Below are positions 52,100-64,000 of a stretch of 64,000 nt of DNA, piece after piece. The DNA comes from Macrostomum hystrix. Lineage: Eukaryota; Animalia; Platyhelminthes. The position numbers were made by a program, and so were the translations under genes. The DNA lies in the NCBI GenBank assembly GCA_950097015.1, contig CATNEN010000038.1, positions 22,196,001 to 22,260,000 of the forward strand, read 5' to 3'. Position 1 is the stretch's first letter; each line of letters begins with the position of its first letter. The notes below the pieces were generated by a model that was given only the letters and a program-made list of their open reading frames with translations, had not been told where the DNA came from and made no database searches.

Positions 52100-54067
52100 A
52101 TTTATAAGCTCTGAAATTCGCTGGTCTTTGTCATTTCATTGTCATCACAATAAAATAGCAAAACTTTGAAGCTGTAAACTATCATTTCTGCAATTTGACC
52201 ATGAAACGATTGCAGCAGGTGCGAGCTCCACATCTTAAGCCAGCGATAAATTGTGTGTGATAAATAGAATACGTTCAAAGCCTATAATGTATGAGGCAGA
52301 CCCGTTTTTAATACTGTACAATTTCAAACCAAATTGCCGCCAAAAACAATTTTTTCATTCGAGTGTTTGTTTGAATTGTTACGTGTCGCCCTTCCCCTTT
52401 GTGGACGGAAAACTAAATCCCAGATTTCTTAAAACTTTGATTTCCTTAATCGTTGATTTCCTAAATCTCTGATTTCCTAAGTCTCTGATTTCTTAAGTCT
52501 CTGATTTCCTAAATCCTTGATTTCTTAAATCGCTTATGTACAGGCGTTGTTATCATTCATTTATTTACTCAATTTTTATTAATTAATTTATGTAGTTTTG
52601 ACAGCGGGGTCAGACCCGATGCATTCTCGATTCTCGATCTACAATATCGAAGGGCTTGGTGCAGTATTGAAGGGCTGGGTGAAGTATCGAAGGGCTGGAT
52701 GCAGTATTGTAGTGATGGGCGCAGTATTGTAGTGATGGGTGCAGTATTGTAGTGATGGGCGCAGTATTGTAGTGATGGGTGCAGTATTGTAGTGATGGGT
52801 GCAGTATTGTAGTGAGGGGTGCAGTATTGTAGTGAGGGGTGCAGTATTGTAGTGATAGGTGCAGTATTGTAGTGATGGGTGCAGTATTGTAGTGATGGGT
52901 GCAGTATTGTAGTGATGGGTGCAGTATTGTAGTGATGGGTGCAGTATTGTAGTGATGGGTGCAGTATTGTAGTGATGGGTGCAGTATTGTAGTGATGGGT
53001 GCAGTATTGTAGTGATGGGTGCAGTATTGTAGTGATGGGTGCAGTATTGTAGTGATGGGTGCAGTATTGTAGTGATGGGTGCAGTATTGAAGGGTTTGAA
53101 GCAGAGAAAGGCCCAAATTTGTAAATCTATATATTCTGGGCCGGGCGAGACACCCACCTCAGCCCGCTGACTTGGACCTGGCAGCCAGGTGTACATAGGC
53201 AGGTGAACATAGCCAGGTGTTCATAGCCAGGTGTACATAGCCAGGGTGTACATTGCCAGATGTACATAGCCAGGTGTACATAGCCAGGTGTACATGGCCG
53301 GGTGTACATAGCCAGGTGTACATAGCCAGGTGTACATAGCCAGGTGTACATAGCCAGGTGTACATTCAGTGATACGAGATATTGGTAAACAACGGCATAT
53401 ACGCGGCGCACTACAGTTGCTATTGATAATCAGCAGGTGCTGTTAAGTAAGTTTGCTCACAGTTTTGCTTGGTACAGTTGAGTAGGGTGAGTGCTTTGAA
53501 TAAATTTGAATAGGGAAAACTGCACATAAAATATTATTTGCGCTACAGTCAGAAGAGTATTGTAGAGTTTTGTAGATTCCGTTTTAAATTTCTGCATTTG
53601 ATGAGGAGTGGCCCATTGAACTCATGCTTCTGGTTAGAGTGTATTTTAATATATTTATTAAGCAATACTTGAGAACAGTAATTAGAACAGTTTATGACGC
53701 ATTTTCGCATGCTTGAATGGCAGTCAGTCTGGGTGCAAAAAGCAGAGAAATTTCAGACAGAATCGTCTAAGGAAACTGGGCTTCTACGAGCTATGATATG
53801 ATAAGAACATTTTTGGGACTGTCTGCCCAGCTACTGTAATAAATTGGCTGAGGTGACAACCAGATAGACATATTTGAGTCTTGAACATATTCTGCATGAA
53901 TAATTGATCAGCCACTAGTGAGAGCAAAAACTAATGAACGAACAGTTTCTTTTATTATTGATTAATTACGATGAATTAATTCACAGAATATGAAATTCAA
54001 ATTCATCTACTCCAGCTTAATAATCAGAATTGCAAAGCTAGGCAAGAATTTCGAGCTCAAAAATCAC

Positions 54068-57000
54068 TCAAAAATGTGTACTTTGATGAATCTCTGGCTG
54101 ATCACGAAAAAGATCGCCCACAGCAACAATCTCAATGTAGTCAGTGCAGCTGTCACTGTCTGTGTCCTGCCCCTCCACAGCAGCACCAGCAGCAGCAGTC
54201 GCTGGTATGCTAACAATCAAGTAGCAGCACTCGGACTCGAAGCCGTTCGTTTTCTGAAATCAGAGCAGCCTTGAGCACTCATTCAGTTTCGGAAATGAAA
54301 CGGGAAATAAAAGCCATTGTAGCCAAGTAGCCATTGTTGCCAAGTAGCCATTGTAGCCGAGTAGCCATTGTAGCCAAGTAGCCATTGTAGCCAAGTAGCC
54401 ATTGTAGCCGAGTAGCCATTGTAGCCAAGTAGCCATTGTAGCCGAGTAGCTATTGTAGCCAAGTAGCCATTGCAGCCAAGTAGCCATTGTAGCCAAGTAG
54501 CCATTGTAGCCCAGTAGCCACTGTAGCCAAGTAGCCATTGTAGCCAAGTGGCCATTGTAGCCAAGTAGCCATTGTAGCCAAGTGGCCATTGTAGCCAAGT
54601 AGCCATTGTAGCCAAGTAGCCACTGTAGCCGAGTAGCTATTGTAGCCAAGTAGCCATTGCAGCCAAGTAGCCATTGTAGCCAAGTAGCCATTGTAGCCCA
54701 GTAGCCACTGTAGCCAAGTAGCCATTGTAGCCAAGTGGCCACTGTAGCCAAGTAGCCATTGTAGCCAAGTAGCCACTGTAGCCAAGTAGCCACTGTAGCC
54801 AAGTAGCCATTGTAGCCAAGTAGCCATCGAGATTAATGGATAAGCAACGTGGCATTTCTCGGACAGGACTGTCCCTGTTTGCTCGCTGAAGTCTAAGTGA
54901 CTCGTTGACTCACCTAATTAGCAGGATGAGACACCTCAGGTGACACTTTAGATTCCTCCTGAATGCCTGAGCTTAGGTTGAGCCCGGCTGCTGAAGGCTC
55001 AGTTGACGGCACTCGGAGCTGCAATGGAAAGATTCAGAGCCGTCAGCTGCTGAAGTGCACGATCGCCACATTTTCCTGCACTGACCTTCGAGATGAGCAG
55101 AAAGCATGCAGCGCAGACGACTGGCACAACAACCAAAACGATGATGGCTAAGACAGCAATTGTTTTCGTTGTTGCAGTCGTGAAAGTCGTGAGCCCAGCC
55201 CCAGGGCAGTCGAGTCGAGCCGTGGTGTAAACAGGTGAGCCGAAAGTCATGTTCTCAGGGAGGATCTGTGCCGCACTGCAGTTGACAAAGACTTCGCTCC
55301 TGCTCATGTCATGCTCAACACCGCTGTCGAGCGACCACGTGCTAAGGAGGCTCCTGTTGTCTGGCACCTGCAGTTTCATATAGTACAGTGAGTTGCGACC
55401 AAGTCTTTCAAGAATCATACGGAATGCAACTCACCTGTGCAAGCAGAGAGACATTTCTTTCTTTGAGTTCGCCAGCTTGAAAATTGCACGTGTGCTCAGG
55501 CATTGGGTGAGAAGCCGATGATCTGAACTGTACCGTTATTCTTGCCATGCTTTTGCAGCTTTCCAGGAACTTTATCGTTAGACTCGATGGCGGGTCTGGC
55601 GGGAATTTTGAGGTGCATTCATAAATTGCTGCTGAAGAATTTTTTATGAGGAGCAAATAGTAGAAATATTCTGGATGCTCACTCACACAGCACGTTGACT
55701 GGGGTCTGCGTCTGCACAGAGCCAAGGCTGCAAGAGTAATTTCCTGAGTGCTCAGGGAGTGCTCGAGCCACTGCTGTCTTGTGATCTTCAATGCAGGTAC
55801 CGTTCGGAAGGCATAGCTCAAGAAACCTAAGAAGCGAGCCCCATTGGCTTGAGTATGAGCACAGCATTGAGCTATTGCAGTGCAGCTCGCATCTCACAGC
55901 GAAACTCGAGTTGACGGCCACAAACTGATCCGCGGAGGCCGCTGAAAAAATTATTTTGACCAGCTTGTATGATAAACAGATAAACAAATTGCGATCGAAT
56001 GCATTTTATGTGACTGATATCTCTGTGACGAGTAAATGGTACGGATGCACTCAAAGGTATTGGAATCTAGTATCTATTATCGTTGATGTGGAGCGTGTTT
56101 ATCAACGAGTTCATGAGTTCCATGAGTCCTAGTTGATGTTCAAATTGGCTATTGGCGTTTCAATTGACTTGGCTTTTTGCCAACATGCCCGTGGACATTG
56201 TGTCAGTCGAGTTTTTGTGCTGTGGGCATTGTGTCAGTTGAGGATTTGTGCTGTGGTCATTGCGTCAGTTGAGGTTTGGTGCTGTGGTCATTGTGTCAGT
56301 TGAGGTTTTGTGCTGTGGGCATTGTGTCAGTTGAGGTTTTGTGCTGTGGCCATTGTGTCAGTTGAGGTTTTGTGCTGTGGTCATTGTGTCAGTTGAGGTT
56401 TTGTGCTGTGGTCATTGTGTCAGTTGAGGTTTTGTGCTGTGGTCATTGTGTCAGTTGAGGTTTTGTGCTGTGGTCATTGTGTCAGTTGAGGTTTTGTGCT
56501 GTGGTCATTGTGTCACAAGTGTCACTCTTTCAGCGCAATCGACATCACGAAGCACCCTCTTGGTGTCCCTGTTTCGTGGATTGAGGAGAATCGTAAGCAG
56601 TGCTCCAATGCAATCGCAGGTGCAGTTCTTCTTAATAAGCTGCTCTGCATCCATGGTGCCATTGTTGAGAGCAACCGAGAAGCTTCTCTTGCTGGGCTGC
56701 AATTCTCTGCCGAGGTTTTTGGAAGCTGCTTCACAATGCTCGTCTGTTTCCAAAATCAAGGTTATATAGCAGCGTAATTTACTTTTGACCTATTTAAAGT
56801 TATATTGTAGCTCACAAATCAATCCTTCTTTTGTTTTAGTGTTTCTACACCATTGACACCTTTGCTTATACCATTGAATATGATTATTTCTCTTAAATCC
56901 ATTATTGTGTTTGCATTCAGCTTTCGGCCTTCGTCATTGGATGAATTTCCCTTGACCAGTTTCTGCTTTATGGTTTTCATTGTTTCACTAATAGGTCCAA

Positions 57001-60000
57001 GCGACAATTTGAAGTGTAAAAATGTCCCGCTTTCAGTCCCTTATTATTCTTTAAAAGTTATAAACAAAGTAGAAAATCTGCTCACAGAGCACGGCGACTG
57101 AGGTCTGCTTGCTGACAGAGCCAAGTCTGCAAGAGTACTTTCCAGAGTGATCAGGCAGAGCTTGAGCCACTGCAGTCTTGTGTTCGGCAATGCAGGTACC
57201 GTTCGGAAGGCAGAGCTGGAGCCCGCTTGAGTTTGAGCACAGCATTGAGCTGTTGCAGTGTAGCTCGCATCTCACAGCGAAACTCGAGTTGACGGCCACA
57301 AACTGATCCGCGGAGGCCGCTGAAAAAATATTTTGACCAGCTTGTATGATAAACAGTAAAACAAATTGCGATCGAGTGCATTTTATGTGACTGAAGTCTC
57401 TGTGACGAGGTAAAGGAAGGATAGGAATCAAGTATCGATTGCTCGCACCGGCGGGACACAGTGCCTGTGAGGTATGAGTCAGTCCAGGCCCACGGGCTAT
57501 GGTCTGCGATGCCTCACACCTGCAGCCGTTTTTTGAGCAGGCTTGGCAGGAAGGAGACCTGTGCCTCCGGGTGCAGGAATCCCTCCACGCTGTACCGTCA
57601 GCTGACCCATGGGTACACGTCCCGCGAGTGTTCAAGGCTGACCCTAGGGCAGCCGGACAGAATGGGCAACAGCGCTGGATGACCCATCCAGGGCCTCCGG
57701 CCTAACTGGGTACCTCTAGCCCCGGCTGGAGGGAAAGGTGTCACCCTTTGACCTTAACAGGGTATGCGGCCAGTCCGCAGCGTTCGTGCACCTGTGCGTG
57801 ATCAGGTACCTCTGGCTACGGCTCTGAGGGAAAGGTGTCACCCTTTGACCTTAACAGGGTATGCGGCCAGTCCGCAGGCCTCGGCGCTGGCCAAATAGCG
57901 CCCTCTAATGTCCCAGTGTTGACCGTGCTGATGGACGCTTGACCAGGGAGTAGTCTGGCCTCCTACGGTTCCTCCCGGTGGTCCTGGCATCCCACCCCGG
58001 GTTGTAACTTGTCTTTTTTGGCTGCCCCCGCTCAGCTTTGGGATCGCGGCTGAGCGGGTTATTCCTGCCTGTGTCTACAGGAAGCCCCTCTCCTCATTGC
58101 AGCTTCTAATGGCTTCCAGCCTTCCAACTGCTCCGGCCGAGGACACCATGGTGCCCGAGGCCATACACGCTGCGGCGCCCGGGCTAGCTGGCCCCGCGAC
58201 CGCCACAAATGCCGCGCTGCCCAACTCGCGCGATGACCGGGGCGCTAAGCGCTCCTCAACCTCTGGAGCGGCAAAGCGTCGTAGGCGCTTAATGGCCCAC
58301 GGCAAGCCGGCTCCATCGACCGAGGACCGGGCCCAGGCCAGAGGGGCCGAAGGGGCTCTGCCTAGGGCGGGGGCTGGGGCGGGGGGCCTTGCGCCTCCTG
58401 CCCAGGCTCCTGCACGGGGCGGAGCCCACGACGCCCCGAGGCCAGGGTCGCGGGCCAAGGAGGTCCCGGCGCCCATCCGGACGGCGGCTCGGCCTGAAGG
58501 AGAAGCGGAGGCAGAGGGCCCTGTGCCCACCGCCGACGCTGATCCCGAGGGTGGGGTCGCCACCGGACAGGGCCCGGGACCACATGCCACCTACGCCGCC
58601 ATCGCACGTAGGCAACCTGCCGTTGTCATCACCGGCAGAGACGGAAAAAGGCTGAGCAGCGAACAGCTCAGCAACATTTGCCGCAACATAGATGCTATGC
58701 TGTGGCAACTTCAACTGAAGGGCGAGCCCCTGGCGGTCGGCGCAAGCGCTACCAGGGAATCGTGCTTCGTCGTCTGGCCCGGCGACGCGGAATCAGGGCG
58801 GCGGCTCCTTGAGTTGCTGCCCACGCAGAGCTGGGCGGCTGGCCTCGACTTCCTCCGGGAGAACGAGCCACCAAAGACCAAGCGACACCGCATTTTCGTC
58901 CCGGCGAAAAGTGTCGTCACCAGCGCTGAGGACCTCCGCATGGGCCTCATCGCGATGAACCGGGAGCTGCCGACAGCGGGCCTGATCGTGCACCGCACGA
59001 TCCTGCGCCCCGATGGCACCGGGTTCACCGCCATTCTGGGCCTGTCCGAGCAATGGACACGCCGATACCCAGATGGCGCCAACATCTGCATTGGTCTGTG
59101 GAAGACCAAAATCTTCGCCTTCGAGGCAGATAAAACTCGAGGTCAGACCGGGCCCACCACCGTACCGGCCACTGAAGGGTCCTCGGACCCCGAGGTTGGG
59201 ACTGGGGGCAGGGCCCAGTCGTCTCGCCAAAAAAGGCCAGAGCGTGCCATCGCTGGCAGCTCTGAGCGTCGCCCCGCGCGCATTACAAAGCGCCGGGGCC
59301 TTCTCCAGCGGGCCTCCGAGGTGGTGCGAACCGCCAGGATGGCCCAGCTGCGCGCTGAGATGCGCGGTGGCCCACCGGGGCAAGCGCCGCAACCAAGGGC
59401 TACGGGGGAGGCCTCTAAGGTGCCCAGCTCCATCGAGCAGGGCCCTTCGAGCGCCCCTCCCACGGCCCAGGGTGCGGTGTCGGCACCGGTTGAGGGTGAC
59501 TCTGGGCCTGGGCTCGGGGCCGGGGGTGGGGACTGGGCGGCTGACCCCGTCGAGTTCCCGCCTCTGGCTCGGGGCCGGGGCACGGAGGAGCCCATGGCTA
59601 CCGACATCGACCCGGAGGAGGAGGACCGCCTTCTGGCTGAGTCCCCCTCCAAGTAGACCTCTGTCTGCATGATGATCCCCGGAATATCATGCCTGCAAGT
59701 TAACACCCAGCACTGCGTGGCAGCATCAGTCAATCTGATGCGCATGACAGAGCGCACGATGCCGGGCCTTGTACTTGTGCAGGAGCCCTGGTTATCAAAA
59801 AACAAGCCAAGTAACATTCCTGCTGGCTATGACTGCTTCTGCATGGCAGACTCTGTCCGCCCTAGATCACTGATCTATGCTGCAAAAGCCTTAAATGCGT
59901 GGATGAGACCCGATCTCTCTAACGGGGACATCTGCGTCATCCAATCTGCACACATTGTGCCCAACAAGTTGACCCTCGTGGCATCCGCCTACCTGGCAGG

Positions 60001-63000
60001 CGACGCCCCTGTGGTCAGCGATACCCTCGTCGCCCTCTGTGATTTCGCCAGGGCACGAAATTTTGAGCTGCTCCTCGCGGGAGATGTTAACTCGCATCAC
60101 ACCCACTGGGGTAGCTCAAAAATCAATGACCGCGGCGAAGAGCTCCTGGCCTTCGTCAGCGGCACGCCTCTTAACTTCTGCAATGTGGGCAACACGCCCA
60201 CGTTCGACAATGGGCGGTGGGCTGAGGTGCTTGACGTCACCCTGGCCTCACCCGGCATCCTCCCAAGGGTGCTGGGGTGGGAGGTGTGGGAGACCGAAAG
60301 CTCGCTCTCGGACCACCGCTTCATTCGCTTCAACATCGGTACCCCCGATAAGAAGCAAAAGCCTATTTGGAGGCGTAATGTCAGAAACACCGACTGGCCC
60401 GTGTTCAGCCAAAAGCTGCATGAGGGCCTTCGGGATTCCGACCCCTCCATGGCCATGGCAACCACGCAGGACCTAGATGGAGTGGCTGCCCTGCTGGGCG
60501 GCGCCATCACAGAGGCCTACGAAATGGCTTGCCCGCTCAAAGCCTACAAAGGCAAAAAATTGGCCCCCTGGTGGAACCCCGAGCTCGGAGTCCTGAGACG
60601 CCGAGCAAAGGCTCTCCAGAGGAGGATGAAAATCTCGCACGACCCTGATGACAAAGAGGCCTATACTCGCGCCATCCATGAGTTGAAGGGCCGGGTCAGA
60701 AGGGCAAAAGCGGACAAGTGGCGACAATACTGCGAAGGGCTTGAGGGCTCGCGGCCCACGGCCCGCGTGGTAAAGGCGCTCACCAACGACCGCTTCTCCA
60801 AGCTCTCATCGATCAAAAAGCCAGACGGCTCGATCACGGAGCGCCCGGAGGAAACGCTCGAGCTTATGCTAGGGCATTTCTTCCCGAGTGTACCGGCGCA
60901 CTTTGGCCCAGACGACCACTCACGTGGAGGTCAGGGCCTGGCTCAGTCACTCGTCACGAATGACCGCATCGTTCGCGCGGCAAAGTCATTCAACCCTTTC
61001 AAAGCACCTGGGCCAGATGGTATTTATCCGGCCTTTTTGCATGAAGCGGTCAAAAATGGCCGCTTCCTCCATCTCCTCTGCAGACTTCTACGGGCCTGCA
61101 TCGTGCTGGGCTATGTACCAGCGCTGTGGCACGAAGCCCGGGTCGTCTTCATCCCGAAGCCCGCCAAAGGCGACTATCGCTCGGTCAAGTCCTATCGCCC
61201 GATAAGTTTGACTTCCACCTGCCTCAAGCTCATGGAAAGACTGGTGCTCTGGCGCCTTCTTACTGTAGAGCTAGGGCGGGCCCCGCTCTCACCAAACCAG
61301 CACGCCTTTCGGGCGGGCCGGTCCACGGAGAGCGCCCTCCACTGCATCGTGGAGACTCTCGAGAAGGCAGTGCTGAGCAGCGGTTTTGCCCTGGCTGTCT
61401 TCCTAGACATTGAGGGGGCCTTCGATAACGTTGTTTTCGAAGCTTTTGAGGAGGCCCTGGTCTCCAGGGCCACTCACCCCCACCTCGTTCGCTGGGTCAT
61501 GTACATGATCCGGCATCGCCACGTGGTGGCCCACCTCGAAGGAAGGCTGCTCTCGGCACCTGTCCTAAAAGGAGGGCCCCAAGGCGGCGTCCTCACCCCA
61601 CTGCTGTGGAATCTCGTCATGGATGAGCTGCTGAAAAGCACTCGTCCAGACCCAGTCCTGAAGGTGGGATATGCCGACGATGTGACCGCCATCTGCGCGG
61701 GCCCCTCGGCGGAAACCACCAGAGACCTCATCCAGGGCTTTATCAACAGGGCGGTGCGCTGGGCGGACCAATGCGGGCTCCGACTCTCTGAGTCCAAGAC
61801 CGTTGCGGTTATGTTTACCAGCAAACTGCTCTGGACCATTGAGCCTCTGACTCTCTATGGCAAGAATATTGCCATGGAAAAGCAGGTCCGGTGCCTTGGT
61901 CTCGTGCTAGACCATAGGCTTAACTGGACCCCACACATCACCACAAAGGCCAAGAGGGCCCTGGCCATACTGGCGCAAGTCAGGCGTGCCGTGGGCACCA
62001 CTTGGGGGCTAACCCCCAAGAACCTTTGGTGGATTTACACGGCGATCATTAGACCGTCCGTCGCTTACGCTGGCCTCATCTGGGCCAGCGCCATGAGAAT
62101 CCAGAAAAACCTGGAGGCGCTTTATAGGGTGCAGGGCAGAGCCTGTCGTATGACGCTGGGCGCCCCACCCTCCACTCCCTTCGAAGGCATGAATGCTTTC
62201 CTCAACGCTACACCCATTGACATTTTCGTCAAGGGGGAAGCAGCAAAGTCCACCCGTCGTCTTCTTGATGCGGGTGTATCCTTCCAGAATTCGCGAGCCT
62301 TCTCGAAGCGCTCCCTTCTGCCTCACTCTGACCTCTGCCTGAAAACTCTGGGCGAGTGCGGAGGGCTCACCATCCTTTCGGACGGGGCCCCGGCTACTTT
62401 ACTCCGGAGCCACAGGTACAAAGTCAGCATCTCCCCTCGTAATGAGGTAAAGGACTGCTGGGATGACCCGGCAGTCCACTGTTACACTGACGGCTCTCTG
62501 ATGAACGGTAAATCGGGATTCGGAGTGTGCGTCGCCTCGGGTGGTGAGGTCCTCTGGACCCACTCCCAATACTGTGGCAAGAGCTCTAGCGTTTTCCAAA
62601 ACGAAGTGCTCGCCATCAGCTTCTGTGCGGCTGAGCTGCGCCAGAGGCAGCTGGCTGGTCGGAGGATCTTCTTTCACTCCGACAGTCAAGCAGCCCTCAA
62701 GGCCCTCAGCCGCTGCACCTCTCGCTCCAGAACCACCTTGGACTGCAACACCCAGTTAAACGGGTTGGCGCAGTCTAACAAGGTGGAGCTGCTGTGGATC
62801 CCTGGGCATGCCGGGTTCACAGGGAATGAGATGGCGGACCAGCTTGCTAAGGCTGGAGCAGCCAGCTCCCTGATGGGCCCGGGCCCGGAGTCCCCGATCC
62901 CCATCTCAGTTGTCAACTCCAGCATCAACTGCTGGATGGAGACCCAGCACCGGAGGAGGTGGTCCAGCACCCTGAACTGTCGCCAGTCCAGGGCTGCGGT

Positions 63001-64000
63001 GCCAACCCCCTCTAGTAACCTGCGTAAGGCCTTACTCAGGCTTAACCGCAGAGACCTAAGAGCAGTCACTATGGCTCTTTCGGGACATGGCTGCTTCACC
63101 AGACACCGCTACCTTCAAGGCCACGTGCCTGAGGAAACGTGTCCCTTCTGCTGCTCCGGACGCGAAAATGCAGAGCATTTCATCTGCCACTGCCCGGCCT
63201 TCACCCGGGCCAGGCTAAAACATCTCGGGCCGGCACCGACTCTCGCCGAAGCCTGCTCGCCCGAGAACATCCCACAGCTCGCCCACTTCCTCCGGGATAC
63301 CGGCCGAGCTGATTTCTTCCCAGCCTATGGCGAGGAAGATCGCGCGGCGGAATCGACCGACGGACCACCCTGAGCGGCACCGCCTCGCTGGAGGCTGTCT
63401 GGCTGCCAGGGGTTAGCGATATGGGCGGCATCTGCCGCCTCCTCGCTGCGTCCGTCATGGAGGCTCCCTGCCGCTAAGTCAAGTAAGTCAAGACTTCGCT
63501 TTAATTCAATCTAGTTCTCTACATTTTCGGCCTTCTGATTGGTCCGCCTCTCACTTTCTAGCCTCCTCTCTTACCCTCAGTCGCGCACTCTCTTGTTATC
63601 GCCACGCCAACCCCCTCCAGTCTGTCCAACTTAACCATGCGCATATTCGAGTCGTGTATAGCCAAGGGCACAGCGCCCTGTCACTTTCGCTTCTCTTCTC
63701 TCCATTGGATACCCGCAGACCAACTTAAAAAATTATTGCTTCTCTTAATTTCTCGACACTCCTTCCAAGCAATTCGGAAAAAAACTCGAGCAATTCCCTA
63801 TTATTCATTTTTGTGCTTTAATTGGCTTTCGGCCTTTATACTTAAGCTTAATTCCCCAGGCTCACTTCTGCATTCTGCTATTTTTTACCGTTGGTCTAAT
63901 TTGTCCGAGCTACGATTTGTGAAGTGTAAAAGGTCCCGCTTTCAGGCACTTATAAGTCTTTAAAATTTTGTAAACAAAGAAGAAAATCTGCTCACAGAGC
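54068..64000 (-). CDS. Receptor copy 3 (3' part; 5' exons lie beyond the window)
   Basis: Tail exon 54068-54253; TM exon ~55086-55367 with a 6-aa stalk insertion; uninterrupted C2 exon ([13 protein letters not shown]); Ig exons 55687-55941 (255 nt) and 57086-57319; another Ig exon donor at ~63994. Confidence 0.75.
56195..56515. repeat. 31-bp minisatellite (GTGCTGTGGTCATTGTGTCAGTTGAGGTTTT)n, unique to copy 3
   Basis: Tandem units read directly. Confidence 0.94.
58109..59656 (+). CDS. LINE ORF1 (gag-like; central region resembles DUF4780-type ORF1s)
   Basis: Open frame upstream of ORF2; first ATG at 58109; low-complexity ends around a globular core. The domain call is from recall. Confidence 0.75.
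   Translation: MASSLPTAPAEDTMVPEAIHAAAPGLAGPATATNAALPNSRDDRGAKRSSTSGAAKRRRRLMAHGKPAPSTEDRAQARGAEGALPRAGAGAGGLAPPAQAPARGGAHDAPRPGSRAKEVPAPIRTAARPEGEAEAEGPVPTADADPEGGVATGQGPGPHATYAAIARRQPAVVITGRDGKRLSSEQLSNICRNIDAMLWQLQLKGEPLAVGASATRESCFVVWPGDAESGRRLLELLPTQSWAAGLDFLRENEPPKTKRHRIFVPAKSVVTSAEDLRMGLIAMNRELPTAGLIVHRTILRPDGTGFTAILGLSEQWTRRYPDGANICIGLWKTKIFAFEADKTRGQTGPTTVPATEGSSDPEVGTGGRAQSSRQKRPERAIAGSSERRPARITKRRGLLQRASEVVRTARMAQLRAEMRGGPPGQAPQPRATGEASKVPSSIEQGPSSAPPTAQGAVSAPVEGDSGPGLGAGGGDWAADPVEFPPLARGRGTEEPMATDIDPEEEDRLLAESPSK
59669..63373 (+). CDS. LINE ORF2: APE endonuclease, reverse transcriptase, RNase H, C-terminal CCHC
   Basis: LVQEPW, GDVNSHH, SDHRFI; [41 protein letters not shown]; [32 protein letters not shown]; CPFC...EHFICHC. 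Uninterrupted 1234 aa. Confidence 0.97.
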   Translation: MMIPGISCLQVNTQHCVAASVNLMRMTERTMPGLVLVQEPWLSKNKPSNIPAGYDCFCMADSVRPRSLIYAAKALNAWMRPDLSNGDICVIQSAHIVPNKLTLVASAYLAGDAPVVSDTLVALCDFARARNFELLLAGDVNSHHTHWGSSKINDRGEELLAFVSGTPLNFCNVGNTPTFDNGRWAEVLDVTLASPGILPRVLGWEVWETESSLSDHRFIRFNIGTPDKKQKPIWRRNVRNTDWPVFSQKLHEGLRDSDPSMAMATTQDLDGVAALLGGAITEAYEMACPLKAYKGKKLAPWWNPELGVLRRRAKALQRRMKISHDPDDKEAYTRAIHELKGRVRRAKADKWRQYCEGLEGSRPTARVVKALTNDRFSKLSSIKKPDGSITERPEETLELMLGHFFPSVPAHFGPDDHSRGGQGLAQSLVTNDRIVRAAKSFNPFKAPGPDGIYPAFLHEAVKNGRFLHLLCRLLRACIVLGYVPALWHEARVVFIPKPAKGDYRSVKSYRPISLTSTCLKLMERLVLWRLLTVELGRAPLSPNQHAFRAGRSTESALHCIVETLEKAVLSSGFALAVFLDIEGAFDNVVFEAFEEALVSRATHPHLVRWVMYMIRHRHVVAHLEGRLLSAPVLKGGPQGGVLTPLLWNLVMDELLKSTRPDPVLKVGYADDVTAICAGPSAETTRDLIQGFINRAVRWADQCGLRLSESKTVAVMFTSKLLWTIEPLTLYGKNIAMEKQVRCLGLVLDHRLNWTPHITTKAKRALAILAQVRRAVGTTWGLTPKNLWWIYTAIIRPSVAYAGLIWASAMRIQKNLEALYRVQGRACRMTLGAPPSTPFEGMNAFLNATPIDIFVKGEAAKSTRRLLDAGVSFQNSRAFSKRSLLPHSDLCLKTLGECGGLTILSDGAPATLLRSHRYKVSISPRNEVKDCWDDPAVHCYTDGSLMNGKSGFGVCVASGGEVLWTHSQYCGKSSSVFQNEVLAISFCAAELRQRQLAGRRIFFHSDSQAALKALSRCTSRSRTTLDCNTQLNGLAQSNKVELLWIPGHAGFTGNEMADQLAKAGAASSLMGPGPESPIPISVVNSSINCWMETQHRRRWSSTLNCRQSRAAVPTPSSNLRKALLRLNRRDLRAVTMALSGHGCFTRHRYLQGHVPEETCPFCCSGRENAEHFICHCPAFTRARLKHLGPAPTLAEACSPENIPQLAHFLRDTGRADFFPAYGEEDRAAESTDGPP

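Larger units (their letters stand above)
57441..63491 (+). mobile_element. Full-length non-LTR retrotransposon, I group (LOA/Lian-like)
   Basis: GC-rich 6.05-kb insert with 5' UTR, ORF1, ORF2 and TAAGTCAAG tail repeats; edges defined by comparison with the empty intron in copy 1. Confidence 0.93.
28304..64000. repeat. Tandem segmental triplication: unit 1 ~28304-39151, unit 2 ~39152-52603, unit 3 ~52604 to beyond 64000
   Basis: The junction AGCGGGGTC.GAC..GATGCATTCTCGATTCTC recurs at ~28304, ~39152 and ~52603; unique sequence and ORFs are collinear and near-identical. Confidence 0.95.

Overview
Repeat-rich animal genomic DNA with spliced GT-AG genes; no rRNA, true tRNA gene or CRISPR was seen. 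Minisatellite-filled introns suggest an invertebrate, possibly the flatworm Macrostomum (inference only). Most long ORFs in the supplied track are minisatellite artefacts. Left part (1-22 kb): four co-oriented minus-strand genes rebuilt exon by exon, in transcription order RagC/D GTPase, an STMP1-like microprotein, a DEX1-like FG-GAP membrane protein and Ku80. They are closely spaced, several have a splice acceptor just before the ATG (possible SL trans-spliced operon), and nearly every long intron holds its own minisatellite. Middle (22-28 kb): SINEs and transposon remnants. Right part (28.3-64 kb): three tandem copies of an 11-13 kb unit. Each carries a type I membrane receptor gene: signal peptide, F-type (fucose) lectin-like domain, a variable number of 234-nt phase-1 Ig exons (4 in copy 1, 6 in copy 2, at least 3 in copy 3, with mosaic exons), a TM helix, and alternative cytoplasmic exons, one with an ITSM-type motif (TDYIEI). 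The N-terminal exons of copy 3 lie beyond the window. A 17-bp VNTR inside a coding exon keeps copy 1 in frame and frameshifts copy 2. Copy 3 carries an intact LOA/I-group LINE. This Siglec-like, diversifying lectin-Ig receptor cluster is the best candidate for an undescribed system.
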